Shown: positions 9,407 through 21,308, numbered from the stretch's first letter. The stretch is 64,000 nt of DNA from Gemmatimonadales bacterium (GCA_035637455.1 DASPXE010000098.1:16783-80782); one strand, 5' to 3'. The notes: generated by a model from the letters alone, not told the origin. Numbers and translations are program-made.

Positions 9407-11341
9407 CTACCGCTGTGGATAACCGACCGCCGCCAGCGCCGTGGTGATCTCGTCGAGGATCGTCGGATCGTCGATCGTCGGGGGAACGCGGTACTCCATC
9501 CCGTCCGCGATCTTCTTGATGGTGCCGCGCAGGATCTTGCCGGACCGTGTCTTGGGTAACCGCTGCACGACGAGGGCCGTCCGAAAGGCGGCAACCGGGC
9601 CGATCCGCTCGCGCACCATCCGCGCGAGCTCTTCGGCGATGGCGTCGGGGGGGCGTCGCACGCCGGCCTTGAGGACGACGAGCCCCAGCGGGACCTCGCC
9701 TTTGATGTCGTCGGCCACGCCCATCACGGCGCACTCTGCCACGTCGGGGTGGGAGGCGAGCACCTCCTCCATAGCGCCAGTGGACAGCCGGTGGCCCGCC
9801 ACGTTGATGATGTCGTCGGTGCGGCCCATCACCCAGAGATAGCCGTCTGCGTCCTTATAGCCCGCGTCGGCGGTGAGGTAGTAGCCGGGGTAGCGACTCA
9901 TATACGACCGCACATAGCCCTCGTCGTTGTTCCAGAGGGTCGGCAGGCAGCCGGGGGGCAACGGCAGCCGGATCGCGATGTTCCCCGTCTGGGCAGCGGG
10001 TAGCTCGCGCCCGTCCTCCCCGAGGACGCGCACATCGTAACCCGCGACCGCCTTGGTGCACGAGCCTGGCTTGACCGGCAGCATGCCCAGTCCCATGCAG
10101 TTCGCCCCGATGGGCCAGCCGGTCTCCGTTTGCCACCAGTGATCGATGACCGGGACGCCCAGCTGCTGCTCCGCCCAGTGGAGCGTATCCGGATCGCACC
10201 GCTCGCCGGCGAGGAAGAACGTCCGGAACCCGCTCAGATCGTACCGCCGGACGTGGGCTCCGTTCGGATCGTCGCGCTTGATGGCGCGGACCGCCGTGGG
10301 AGCGGTGAAGAAAACGCGCACCCGGTGCTGCGAGATCACGCGCCAGAAGGCGCCAGGATCGGGCGTGCCGACGGGCTTCCCCTCGTACAGGACCGTGGTG
10401 TTCCCATTGAACAGCGGACCGTAGACGATGTAGGAGTGGCCGACAGCCCAGCCGAGGTCGGAGGCGGCCCAATAGACCTCGCCGGGCGCCGCGCCGTAGA
10501 TATGCGTCATGCTCCACTTGAGCGCCACGAGGTGGCCGCCGTTGTCGCGGACGACGCCCTTCGGCTCCCCCGTCGTGCCCGACGTGTAGAGGATGTAGAG
10601 GGGATCGGTGGCGGCGACCGGAACGCACTCCGCCGGCTGGGCGCTGGCCATGAGCTCCGACCAGTCGAGGTCGCGCCCGGAGACCAGCGGGGCAGGCTCT
10701 TGTGGCCGTTGCAGGATGATGCAGTGGCGCGGCTGCACGGAAGCGAGGTCGACCGCCTTGTCGAGCAGCGGCTTGTAGGGAACGACGCGATTCACCTCGA
10801 TGCCGCACGACGCCGAGACAATCAGCTTCGGCTCGGCGTGACTGATGCGGGCCGCCAGCTCGTGGGAAGCGAAGCCCCCGAACACGACCGAATGGATGGC
10901 CCCGATCCGCGCGCACGCGAGCATCGCGATGGCCGCCTCTGGGACCATCGGCATGTAGATAATGACCCGGTCGCCCTTGCCGACGCCCTGTCCGATCAGC
11001 GCCCCAGCGAAGCGAGCCACGTCATTCAGCAGTTCTCGATATGTAAACGTCCGGATGGCTCCCGTAACCGGGCTGTCGTAGATGAGCGCCGGCTGGTCGG
11101 CCCTGCCGTGCTCGACGTGCCAATCGAGGGCGTTGTAACAGGTGTTGACCACGCCGCCGGGGAACCAGCGGTAGAACGGGGGTCGCGAGGCATCGAGCAC
11201 GCGCTCCCATCTGCGGTACCATTGGACGGCCTCGGCGGCTTCCGCCCAAAACCGCTCCGGCTCCTTGAGCCACGCGGCGTAGACTTGTTCCTGGGAGCTC
11301 CGGCGGCTCTGGATCGGCGGCGTGTTCGGCGTGCGGTTCAC
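9407..11341 (-). CDS. prpE: propionate--CoA ligase / short-chain acyl-CoA synthetase (AMP-forming)
   Basis: 644 aa. Collinear by eye with E. coli PrpE: RWFPGG..NTCYNALDWH, ACARIGAIHSVVFGGFASHELAARI, AMP-binding YTSGTTGEPKG. Confidence 0.85.
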   Translation of the reverse strand: MNRTPNTPPIQSRRSSQEQVYAAWLKEPERFWAEAAEAVQWYRRWERVLDASRPPFYRWFPGGVVNTCYNALDWHVEHGRADQPALIYDSPVTGAIRTFTYRELLNDVARFAGALIGQGVGKGDRVIIYMPMVPEAAIAMLACARIGAIHSVVFGGFASHELAARISHAEPKLIVSASCGIEVNRVVPYKPLLDKAVDLASVQPRHCIILQRPQEPAPLVSGRDLDWSELMASAQPAECVPVAATDPLYILYTSGTTGEPKGVVRDNGGHLVALKWSMTHIYGAAPGEVYWAASDLGWAVGHSYIVYGPLFNGNTTVLYEGKPVGTPDPGAFWRVISQHRVRVFFTAPTAVRAIKRDDPNGAHVRRYDLSGFRTFFLAGERCDPDTLHWAEQQLGVPVIDHWWQTETGWPIGANCMGLGMLPVKPGSCTKAVAGYDVRVLGEDGRELPAAQTGNIAIRLPLPPGCLPTLWNNDEGYVRSYMSRYPGYYLTADAGYKDADGYLWVMGRTDDIINVAGHRLSTGAMEEVLASHPDVAECAVMGVADDIKGEVPLGLVVLKAGVRRPPDAIAEELARMVRERIGPVAAFRTALVVQRLPKTRSGKILRGTIKKIADGMEYRVPPTIDDPTILDEITTALAAVGYPQR

Positions 11342-11362
11342 GACCTGACCCGTGGGCCTGGG

Positions 11363-11752
11363 CTACGTCCGCAAGCCCTTTGATCTCCGCGCATGACGAG
11401 ACGAGGCAGCGCGAGGATTGGCGGCCGCCACGCTATCGTAGGCCTCGGCGGGCCAACCGAACACGGCTAGGTTCACCGCGCCACCGGCCGCGAACTTCAC
11501 CCCTTCCCGCAGCAGCAGCGCGCGCTGTACCACCGAGCCGTGATCCGCGCCCGAGAGCGAGATGCGACCCGCCGCGTTGAGCACCCGCCACCACGGCACG
11601 TCGCTCTCCTCGGGGAGCGCGGAGAGCGCCCACCCGACGGTGCGCGCCGCGCCCGGGCGCCCGGCGAGGCGCGCCACCACGCCGTAGGTCGCCACCCGAC
11701 CCTTGGGGATGTGGCGCACGACGCGGTAGATGCGGTGATAGAAGGGGTTCAC
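11363..11752 (-). CDS. alkyltransferase-like (ATL) protein, MGMT-family DNA-binding domain lacking the catalytic Cys
   Basis: About 129 aa from the GTG at 11752 (GTGA overlap with the hisF stop). YbaZ-like [25 protein letters not shown]. The PCHR motif is replaced by PWWRV. The longer track ORF (to 12157) overlaps hisF and was rejected. Confidence 0.75.
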   Translation of the reverse strand: MNPFYHRIYRVVRHIPKGRVATYGVVARLAGRPGAARTVGWALSALPEESDVPWWRVLNAAGRISLSGADHGSVVQRALLLREGVKFAAGGAVNLAVFGWPAEAYDSVAAANPRAASSRHARRSKGLRT

Positions 11753-12525
11753 GGCCGGACGGGGTAGCCGCGGCTCGCCAGATAGGCGCGGGCTTCGGGG
11801 ACCGTGGTGCCGCGATAATGGAATAGCGTCGCCGCGAGTACGCCGTGTGCGCCGGCGTCGAGCGCCGCGGCGAGGTGCTCGAGCTTCCCCGCCCCGCCGG
11901 AGGCGATCACGGGAATCCGCACCGCTTGCGCGACGGCCCGGGTGAGGGGAAGGTCGTAGCCGTGCTGGGTGCCGTCGGTATCCATCGAAGTCAGCAGGAT
12001 CTCCCCCGCTCCGAGGTCTTGCAGTCGCACCACCCACTCCACGACTTCGAGTCCGGTGGGCTCGCGTCCCCCCCGAACCATGACTTCCCACCCATCTCCC
12101 TCCCCCTCCCCCCTCCCCGCTCCCCGGCCTTTCGCGTCGACCGCGGCGATCACGCACTGCCGCCCGAACTCGTCGGCGAGGCGGGTCACGAGCGCGGGAT
12201 CGCGCACCGCGGCGGTGTTGACGGCCACCTTGTCCGCCCCCGAGCGGAGCACCTGCCGCGCGTCCGCCACGCTGCGGATCCCGCCTCCAACAGTAAACGG
12301 AACGAACAGCCTGTCAGCGACGCGGCTCACCAAATCAATGAGGGTCCCGCGCTCCTCGTGACTGGCCGCGATGTCGAGGAAGACGATCTCGTCCGCCCCC
12401 TCGGCGTCGTAGCGCGCGGCCTGCTCCGCCGGGTCACCCGCGTCCCGCAGCTCCCGGAAGTGCACCCCCTTCACGACCCGCCCCCCGGCCACGTCCAGAC
12501 AGGGGATGAGCCGCCGCGCTAGCAT
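11749..12525 (-). CDS. hisF: imidazole glycerol phosphate synthase cyclase subunit
   Basis: 258 aa. [32 protein letters not shown]. Contains a Gly/Arg/Glu-rich loop insertion, [13 protein letters not shown]. Confidence 0.95.
   Translation of the reverse strand: MLARRLIPCLDVAGGRVVKGVHFRELRDAGDPAEQAARYDAEGADEIVFLDIAASHEERGTLIDLVSRVADRLFVPFTVGGGIRSVADARQVLRSGADKVAVNTAAVRDPALVTRLADEFGRQCVIAAVDAKGRGAGRGEGEGDGWEVMVRGGREPTGLEVVEWVVRLQDLGAGEILLTSMDTDGTQHGYDLPLTRAVAQAVRIPVIASGGAGKLEHLAAALDAGAHGVLAATLFHYRGTTVPEARAYLASRGYPVRP
12087..12125 (-). repeat. G-run tract (degenerate SGGGGAG heptamers) on the coding strand of hisF; G-quadruplex-type motif
   Basis: The + strand reads cccacccatctccctccccctcccccctccccgctcccc. 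The minus strand therefore has G-runs of 4,4,6,5,3,3,3 and encodes [14 protein letters not shown]. Confidence 0.8.
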
Positions 12526-13022
12526 ACGCGCAGCACGTCATCCAGCAAGCCCGCGTCCCCACCCCCCAGGATTGACAAAATGTCATCCAGTGCTCTGCGC
12601 TCCCGGGGCCAGGCGAGCCGTGCGGCGGCCGCCGGCGGCGCCAGCCACTCGGCCCGATCGTGCTCCGCCGACACTCGTGGGGCGGCCGCGGGATCGACGA
12701 ACGCCGCGAACACGGGACCGAGCGCTACTTGGTCGACGCGGTGACGGTAGAACGCTTCCACCCGGCTGGCGTTGTACAACCGCACCGGCTCGTAGCCGGT
12801 CTCCTCCTGCAGCTCGCGCAGCGCCGCCGCGACCGGCGTCTCGCCGGGCTCGACAGTGCCATGCACCGTTTCCCACGAGCCGGGCGAGCGGCCGTCGGGA
12901 CCGCGGCGCAGCACCAGGACCTCGAGACCGTCCGGAGGGGCGGCGGGGCCGGGGCGAGGCGCCCGTCGCAGCACGTAGACGTCGACGAACGAGACGCGCA
13001 CCTCGGTCACGGGTTCCAGCAC
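12519..13022 (-). CDS. Nudix hydrolase
   Basis: 167 aa. Perfect Nudix box [23 protein letters not shown] (GX5EX7REUXEEXGU). Overlaps hisH by 16 nt and hisF by 7 nt. Confidence 0.85.
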   Translation of the reverse strand: MLEPVTEVRVSFVDVYVLRRAPRPGPAAPPDGLEVLVLRRGPDGRSPGSWETVHGTVEPGETPVAAALRELQEETGYEPVRLYNASRVEAFYRHRVDQVALGPVFAAFVDPAAAPRVSAEHDRAEWLAPPAAAARLAWPRERRALDDILSILGGGDAGLLDDVLRVC

Positions 13023-13630
13023 GCGAACGCGCGCAGCAGCGTCAGCCCCGCCGCCTGCGACTTTTCGGGATGAAATTGCACGCCCAGCACGTTCTCCGCT
13101 CCGACGATCGTGGGAAACGCCGAGCCATACTCGGCCTCGGCGAGAGCGCGCGCCGGGTCGACGTCGGCGGGATGGTAGCTGTGGACGTGGTAGAAGAAGG
13201 CCTCGCCGCCGCCGAACGCCGCCGCGAGCGCCGGGTGGGCCTGGCCGCGCGCCGTGAGCCGCACACGCGCCCAGCCCACGTGCGGCACCGGGAGCTGGGT
13301 CTGGAACCGCGCTACGCGCCCCGGGAGCAACCCCAGTCCCGGGACGCCGGGCGCCTCCTCACTCTCCGCGAGCAAAAGCTGCAACCCGAGGCAGATGCCG
13401 AGCACGGGGCGGCCGGCGCGCGCCACGTCGGTGACCGCCTCGCCCAGACCGGTCTCGTCCAGGCGCCGTCTCGCAGCTGCGAAGTTGCCGACGCCCGGCA
13501 GCACCACGCGCTCGGCGTGGCGCAGTGTGTCGGCGTCGTCGGTGAGCGTAGGCGCCTCCCCGCCCGCGGCGCGCAACGCCCGCAGCACGCTCTGGGTGTT
13601 CGACGCGCCGTAGTCGGCCACGGCGATCAC
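13007..13630 (-). CDS. hisH: imidazole glycerol phosphate synthase glutaminase subunit
   Basis: 207 aa. LPGVGNF, catalytic Cys in [10 protein letters not shown]-terminal VQFHPEKS. Confidence 0.95.
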   Translation of the reverse strand: MIAVADYGASNTQSVLRALRAAGGEAPTLTDDADTLRHAERVVLPGVGNFAAARRRLDETGLGEAVTDVARAGRPVLGICLGLQLLLAESEEAPGVPGLGLLPGRVARFQTQLPVPHVGWARVRLTARGQAHPALAAAFGGGEAFFYHVHSYHPADVDPARALAEAEYGSAFPTIVGAENVLGVQFHPEKSQAAGLTLLRAFACWNP

Positions 13631-14221
13631 CTACAGCGCTCCCTTCGTGGAGGGCACGTCCGGCACGCGGGGGTCGAGGCTCGTCGCCAGCCCGAGCGCA
13701 CGCGCCGCGGCCTTGAAGACGGCCTCCACGATGTGATGCGCGTTCTGGCCCCGCAGCAGATCGACGTGCAGGGTGAGCCCGCCGTGGGTCGCGAGCGCGC
13801 GGAAGAACTCGGGCGTGAGGGCGACGTCATACTCGCCGAGCTGCTGCCACGTGGGAGGTTCGGCGTGGTAGGCGAGGTAGGGCCGCCCGCTCACGTCGAC
13901 GACCACGCGGGCGAGCGCCTCGTCGAGCGGAACCGTGGCATCCCCGTAGCGCCGGATGCCGCGCCGCTCGCCCAGCGCCTGCGACAGCGCCTGGCCGAGC
14001 ACGATGCCTACGTCCTCCACCGTGTGATGCTGGTCGACGTGCAGATCGCCCGTGGCGCGGACCTCGAGATCGTACAGCGCGTGCCGCGCCAGCGCTTCGA
14101 GCATGTGATCGAAGAAGCCGATCCCGGTCGCGACTTCGGCCCCGCCCGAGCCGTCGAGCGCGAGGCGCACGCGTACGTCGGTCTCCTTGGTCTTGCGTTT
14201 CACGTCGGCGCTGCGGCTCAT
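13631..14221 (-). CDS. hisB: imidazoleglycerol-phosphate dehydratase
   Basis: 196 aa from the ATG at 14221 (ATGA overlap with the hisC stop). KRKTKETDV, GIGFFDHML, VDQHHTVEDVGI. The N-terminal 300 aa of the 503-aa track ORF were rejected. Confidence 0.93.
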   Translation of the reverse strand: MSRSADVKRKTKETDVRVRLALDGSGGAEVATGIGFFDHMLEALARHALYDLEVRATGDLHVDQHHTVEDVGIVLGQALSQALGERRGIRRYGDATVPLDEALARVVVDVSGRPYLAYHAEPPTWQQLGEYDVALTPEFFRALATHGGLTLHVDLLRGQNAHHIVEAVFKAAARALGLATSLDPRVPDVPSTKGAL

Positions 14222-15315
14222 GCGAGCAGCGCGCTCAACGCTTCGGCCACCGCCTCGACGTCCTCGTCGGTACCGGCAGTGATCCGCAGGCAGCCGTCCA
14301 GACCCGGCCCCGCCGACACGTCGCGCACCAGAATCCCGTACTCCTCGACCAGCCGGTGGAACACCTCCGCCGCCGGCCGCGCCACGCAGCGGATGAGCAC
14401 GAAGTTGGCAGCCGAGGGAAAGGCACGGAGACCCGGGATGCCGGAGAGCCGGCGCTCGAGCAGCTCCCGGCTGCGCCGCACCGCCCGCGTGCGCTCGGCC
14501 AGGAGGTCGGCGGCGTCGAGCGCCGCGTGCGCAGCGGCGAGCGTCACCCGATTCACGTTGTACGGCAGCCGGGCCTTGCCGATCTCCGCCGCTACTGCCG
14601 GATGCGCCAGCGCGTACCCGAAGCGCAGCCCGGCGAGGGACATCGCCTTGCTGAACGTGCGCAGCACCACCAGGCGCGGATGGTCGTTGAGGAGCGGCAC
14701 GGCGGTCGGGCCGCCGAAGTCCTGGTACGCCTCGTCCATCACGATCAGCGCGCCGGTCTCGGCGAGCAGCCGCGCCACCGCGCCGTCGGGGAACGGCGTC
14801 CCGGTCGGGTTGTTCGGCGAGTTGACGACGACGAGGGGCGCCCGCGTGTCGCGCGCCGCCCGCACCAGCGCGTCTACGTCGAACTGGAAATCCGGGGACA
14901 GCGGCACGGGCACGTGCCGGCCCCCGTACACCGCGGCGAGCAGGCGGTACAGGCTGAAGGTAGGGGCGGGCGTGACCACCGGCGTCCCCGTGCCCACCGT
15001 CACGGCGAGCGTCGCCTGGATCAGCTCGTTCGAGCCGTTGCCGACCAGCACGCCGCTGGCGAGCCACCCGTGGCGGGCGGCGAGCCGCTCGACCAGCTCC
15101 CTGGGAGTGAACGGCGGGTAGCGGTTCCACGGCTCGCCCCACGCGGCACGGATCACGGCCTTCTTCACCGCCTCGGGCGCGTCGAACGGGCTCTCGTTTT
15201 GGTTGAGCTTTCGGGGCGCTGGGGGCGCCTCGAGCGTGTAGGCCACCTGGGCGCGAACCTCCGGCTTGATCAACGCGAGGGCGGCGTCGGCCGATGGCGC
15301 GGCGGTCGGCTTCAT
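14218..15315 (-). CDS. hisC: histidinol-phosphate aminotransferase
   Basis: 365 aa from the ATG at 15315. LNQNESPF, NSPNNPTG, PLP-Lys region RTFSKAMSLAGLRFGY. Confidence 0.9.
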   Translation of the reverse strand: MKPTAAPSADAALALIKPEVRAQVAYTLEAPPAPRKLNQNESPFDAPEAVKKAVIRAAWGEPWNRYPPFTPRELVERLAARHGWLASGVLVGNGSNELIQATLAVTVGTGTPVVTPAPTFSLYRLLAAVYGGRHVPVPLSPDFQFDVDALVRAARDTRAPLVVVNSPNNPTGTPFPDGAVARLLAETGALIVMDEAYQDFGGPTAVPLLNDHPRLVVLRTFSKAMSLAGLRFGYALAHPAVAAEIGKARLPYNVNRVTLAAAHAALDAADLLAERTRAVRRSRELLERRLSGIPGLRAFPSAANFVLIRCVARPAAEVFHRLVEEYGILVRDVSAGPGLDGCLRITAGTDEDVEAVAEALSALLA

Positions 15316-15355
15316 GGACGCAAACAGGACGGAGCGGGTCGTCGCGGGGCGGCGA

Positions 15356-17617
<2,262 letters not shown>

Positions 17618-17670
17618 CGGTCAACGTGTCAAAGCTAGCCCCCGGCGCGGCGCCGTCCAGTCCATTTCAC

Positions 17671-19722
17671 TCACAGGATGCCCCAGAAATCGCGCGTCAC
17701 GTCGAGCGCGAAGCCGACGCGCCGGCTTTCCGCACCCACCCCCGCCTCGAGCCGGAACACGCCGAGCCACTCGAGCCCGAGGCCGAGCGTCACCCGGGTC
17801 CCGGGCGTCGCCACCCACGGCGTGCCCGGCACCGGCCGATCGGCCCATCCCGCGGCCACGTACGGTGCGACGGTGAGCTGCCGCGGCGTGCGGGTGTAGG
17901 GACCGAGCCGCAGCGAGACGAAGGGCACGGGGACACGCCACTCGAGGTGGGCCAGTGCCATGCGGCCGCCGCCCCAGCGCCGGAAGTCGTCGCCGAGCAG
18001 CGTCCCCCTGCCCCCGAGCACGAAGCTGCGGTGCGCTGGGAGCGCGTGGGTCGCCACGCCGCCCAGGGCGCGGACCAGCAGCCGCGTCGCGCCGGCGGGG
18101 AGCAGCAGGTGCCCTGTACCGGAGACGCGCACGTAGGTGTTCCCGCCGTCCGCGCGCCCCGTTTCCGCGACGAGTTCGTAGTGCACATCGCGGCGCACCG
18201 CGAAGCCCTCGCTGCGGCGGCGCAGCGCGAGCTGTGCGAGGTCGACGCCGGTTTCTCCCCCTCCCAAGGCGGGGTTCGGGCGAAAGCTGCCGTTCGCAGG
18301 CTCGGCGGTCACCGCGAGCGACCGGATCGTCTCACGGCCGAGCGCGGCGCTCCACTCCCCGCGCACGCCGCTGCCGTGGCGGTAGGTCAGCCGGGCGCCG
18401 TCGGCGAGGTAGTAGTCGCCGTAGTCCGCGCCGAATTCCTGCGACGCGAACGAATTGAGTAGGGGCGCGATCACGCGCTCGTCGCCCACATCGCGCACTT
18501 CGCGGAACAGGCTCGCTTCCAGCGCGCCCCGGCCCTCGCGGTCGACGGCCGCAACACTGCCCTTGGGGCGCCGGTCGGAGAAGCCGTAGCTCGCGATGAC
18601 GCGCAGCTCGCGTCGCTCGCCGCCCCCGCGCCACACCAGCCCCGCACCCAGCGTGAGCCCTTCGACGCGGTTCGCACGCACCAGGTCGGACAGGCCGCGC
18701 ACGCCGAGACGGCGCGCTTTGAGGCCGGTGAGCGCGCGCCGGCCGGCGATCTGCTCCACCTCGGCGCGCACCCGCTCGAGGTCGCTCTGGCGCACCGGCT
18801 CCGCGACGGTCTGAATCGCATCGACCAGCGGCTCCGGCCACGGGAACGAGTCGCGCTCGGCCTTGGGAAGGAACGTGATCTCATCCCCCTGAAACCAGCT
18901 CGTGGCGAGCCCCAGGTTGAAGGCGTACCCTTCGATGTCCCAGCGCGCGTGAATGATCCCCCGCGCCGGCACGTCGAGCCAGGTGGCCCGCCGCCGGATC
19001 TCGAGCTCCTGACGGTAGGGCAGCCAGAACCGCCCCTCCCACAGCGCGTTGTCGAGCACGATGCTCACGTCCTCGAGCTGCGCGTCGAGGTAGGCGCGCG
19101 GTGTGAAGTTGAACGCGAGACGCACGAGATCCGCGGTCGCCGCGTCCACGTACAACGTGCCCACGATGCGCGGAGCGTCGAAGTCCTTGGGGCGCACGCG
19201 CAGCGCGACGACGCGCACTTCGCGCTGGGGGAATGTGATCGTGGTGCTGTCGGCCAGTGCGTAGTCGTACAGGTCGGGACCCGCAGCCGAGAGCGGGTGC
19301 GGCACGTCCCGCACCTCGTCCCCCTCCCCGAGGCGGATCGCGGCGCCGAAATTGTTCTGGACGATGCCGAGATGGTCGCGGTGGTAGTTGATGTCGGTGG
19401 GGAGCTCGGCGCGGTCGCGCCAGCCGACGACGCGCTGCTTGCTGCTCGCCGGGGCCTTCCAGTACACTTCCAGCTCCAGCTGGTCGGCCTTGACGAGGCG
19501 CGGGGGATCGGCCAGCCCCTCCCCGAACTGGCCGAGAAAGAACAGGAAGCCGTGCGCCTGGGCCTTGTAGTCGCGCAGCGCCGTGTCGGCGGCGGCCTGC
19601 GTGCGCCGCGCGATCGCGCGCTGCGCCAGGTCGACCGCCGCGGGGGCGTTCCAGGTCTGCGCCGCGGGGACGGCCAGCGGCAGCGCCGGGAGGACGGCAA
19701 GGAGGAGAACCCGTGGGCACAT
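17671..19722 (-). CDS. Omp85/BamA-family-like outer-membrane beta-barrel protein with an uncharacterised N-terminal half
   Basis: About 683 aa from the ATG at 19722 (signal MCPRVLLLAVLPALPLAVPAAQ); an alternative start is at 19767. The C-terminal half has alternating beta-strand patterning and an Omp85-like FVLGGRGTLLGDDF motif. No POTRA repeats recognised. Confidence 0.6.
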   Translation of the reverse strand: MCPRVLLLAVLPALPLAVPAAQTWNAPAAVDLAQRAIARRTQAAADTALRDYKAQAHGFLFFLGQFGEGLADPPRLVKADQLELEVYWKAPASSKQRVVGWRDRAELPTDINYHRDHLGIVQNNFGAAIRLGEGDEVRDVPHPLSAAGPDLYDYALADSTTITFPQREVRVVALRVRPKDFDAPRIVGTLYVDAATADLVRLAFNFTPRAYLDAQLEDVSIVLDNALWEGRFWLPYRQELEIRRRATWLDVPARGIIHARWDIEGYAFNLGLATSWFQGDEITFLPKAERDSFPWPEPLVDAIQTVAEPVRQSDLERVRAEVEQIAGRRALTGLKARRLGVRGLSDLVRANRVEGLTLGAGLVWRGGGERRELRVIASYGFSDRRPKGSVAAVDREGRGALEASLFREVRDVGDERVIAPLLNSFASQEFGADYGDYYLADGARLTYRHGSGVRGEWSAALGRETIRSLAVTAEPANGSFRPNPALGGGETGVDLAQLALRRRSEGFAVRRDVHYELVAETGRADGGNTYVRVSGTGHLLLPAGATRLLVRALGGVATHALPAHRSFVLGGRGTLLGDDFRRWGGGRMALAHLEWRVPVPFVSLRLGPYTRTPRQLTVAPYVAAGWADRPVPGTPWVATPGTRVTLGLGLEWLGVFRLEAGVGAESRRVGFALDVTRDFWGIL

Positions 19723-19793
19723 CGCGGCGGAATCGCCGCCGGGCGGCCGACCCGAGCAACGGTGCATACCCCGTCTACCCCGCTCCCCCGCAG

Positions 19794-21308
19794 ATGAGCG
19801 ACGCCCGCGCGGCGTTGCTGGCCCGGTCCGAGCGCGGCGGGATGGTCCCGCTCGTGCGCGAAGTGGTGCTCGACGCCGACACCCCGCTCGCCGCGTTCGT
19901 GAAGGTGGCGCGACCGCCGTTCGCGTTCCTGCTCGAGTCGCTCGTGGGCGGCGAGCGCTGGGCCCGCTACACCTTCCTCGGTACCGAGCCGCGCGAGGTG
20001 TGGCGCTGTCGCGGCCGGGCCATCGAGCGCTGGACGCGGGAGACGGGCTGGCGCGGCGCGGGCGAGACCGACGACCCGATCGGGCACCTCGCGCAGCGCC
20101 TGCGGGCCCTGCCCGCCGTCCCGGTGCCGGGGCTGCCCCGCTTCACCGGCGGCGCCGTCGGCTACCTCGGGTACGACCTGGTGCGCACGATCGAGCGCCT
20201 GCCCCGGCCCCCCGCGGACACGCTCGACCTGCCCGACGCCGTCATGATGATCGCCGACACGTTGGTGATCGTCGACAACCTGTTCGGCCGCGCCATCCTC
20301 GTGGCCAACGTGGAGGTGCCGCGCGGCGCGGCCGCGGCGGAGCGGTTGCGGCTCTACGACGCCGCGGAGGCGCGCCTCGCCGAGCTCGTCGCCCGGCTGC
20401 GCGGGCGCCACGAGCTCACGCCGCTGGCGCTGCGCGACAGCTTGCCCGCCGTCCCAACGACGTCCCGCTACCCCCGCGCGGCGTTCGAGCGCGACGTCTC
20501 CCGCATCCTCGAGTACATCCGGGCAGGCGACACATTCCAGACGGTGCTGTCGCGCCGCCAGGACGCGGCGGGCGCCGTCGACCCCTTCCTGCTGTACCGC
20601 TATCTGCGGGCGCTGAACCCGGCTCCTTACCTCTTCTATCTCGCGCTCGACGACTTCACGCTGGTCGGGAGCTCCCCCGAGGTGCTGGTGCGCGTGGAGG
20701 GCGGCGAGGTGACGGTCCGCCCCATCGCGGGCACCCGGCCGCGTGGCGGGACGCCGGAGGAGGACGAGGCACTGGGCCGCGCGTTGCTGGCGGACGAGAA
20801 GGAGCGGGCCGAGCACCTGATGCTCGTCGACCTGGGACGCAACGACGTGGGGCGTGTGGCGCAGTTTGCCACGGTGCGGGTCACCGACCTGCTGGCCATC
20901 GAGCGCTACTCGCACGTGCAGCACATCGTGAGCGAGGTGCGGGGGCGGCTGCGCGACGGCTACGACGCCCTCGACGTGTTCAAGGCCTGCTTCCCCGCCG
21001 GCACGGTCACGGGTGCTCCCAAGGTGCGCGCGATGGCGATCATCGACGAGCTCGAGCCCGAGCGCCGCGGCCCCTACGCGGGCGCGGTGGGGTACGTCGG
21101 CTGGGGCGCGACCAACCTCGACACGGCCATCGCGATCCGCGCCGCGGTGGTCCTCAAGGACCGCGTCGTGGTGCAGGCGGGCGCCGGCATCGTCGCCGAC
21201 TCGGATCCGGCGCGCGAGTTCGCCGAGACGGAAGCGAAGGCGCAGGCCGTCTTGAAGGCGCTGGCGCTCGCCCGCAGCGCGACGGGCGGGGGAGGAGGCG
21301 CCGCATGA
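19794..21308 (+). CDS. trpE: anthranilate synthase component I family (TrpE/PabB)
   Basis: 504 aa from the ATG at 19794. FAFLLESLVGGERWARYTFLG, chorismate-binding C-terminus GAGIVADSDP..E..E...K. Confidence 0.85.
   Translation: MSDARAALLARSERGGMVPLVREVVLDADTPLAAFVKVARPPFAFLLESLVGGERWARYTFLGTEPREVWRCRGRAIERWTRETGWRGAGETDDPIGHLAQRLRALPAVPVPGLPRFTGGAVGYLGYDLVRTIERLPRPPADTLDLPDAVMMIADTLVIVDNLFGRAILVANVEVPRGAAAAERLRLYDAAEARLAELVARLRGRHELTPLALRDSLPAVPTTSRYPRAAFERDVSRILEYIRAGDTFQTVLSRRQDAAGAVDPFLLYRYLRALNPAPYLFYLALDDFTLVGSSPEVLVRVEGGEVTVRPIAGTRPRGGTPEEDEALGRALLADEKERAEHLMLVDLGRNDVGRVAQFATVRVTDLLAIERYSHVQHIVSEVRGRLRDGYDALDVFKACFPAGTVTGAPKVRAMAIIDELEPERRGPYAGAVGYVGWGATNLDTAIAIRAAVVLKDRVVVQAGAGIVADSDPAREFAETEAKAQAVLKALALARSATGGGGGAA

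Noticed and set aside
11363-12157. 264-aa version of the MGMT-like ORF.
   Set aside because: Its N-terminal 135 aa overlap hisF in another frame and are Arg/Gly-rich noise. The conserved domain begins at the GTG at 11752, which overlaps the hisF stop.
13631-15142. 503-aa ORF suggesting a fused HisB with an N-terminal domain.
   Set aside because: Only the last 196 aa match IGP dehydratase. The upstream part is out of frame over hisC, and the ATG at 14221 forms an ATGA overlap with the hisC stop.
19794-21308. trpE without an adjacent trpG/trpD as a possible anomaly.
   Set aside because: Dispersed trp genes are common, and assignment to TrpE versus PabB cannot be made by eye, so this was not treated as a finding.
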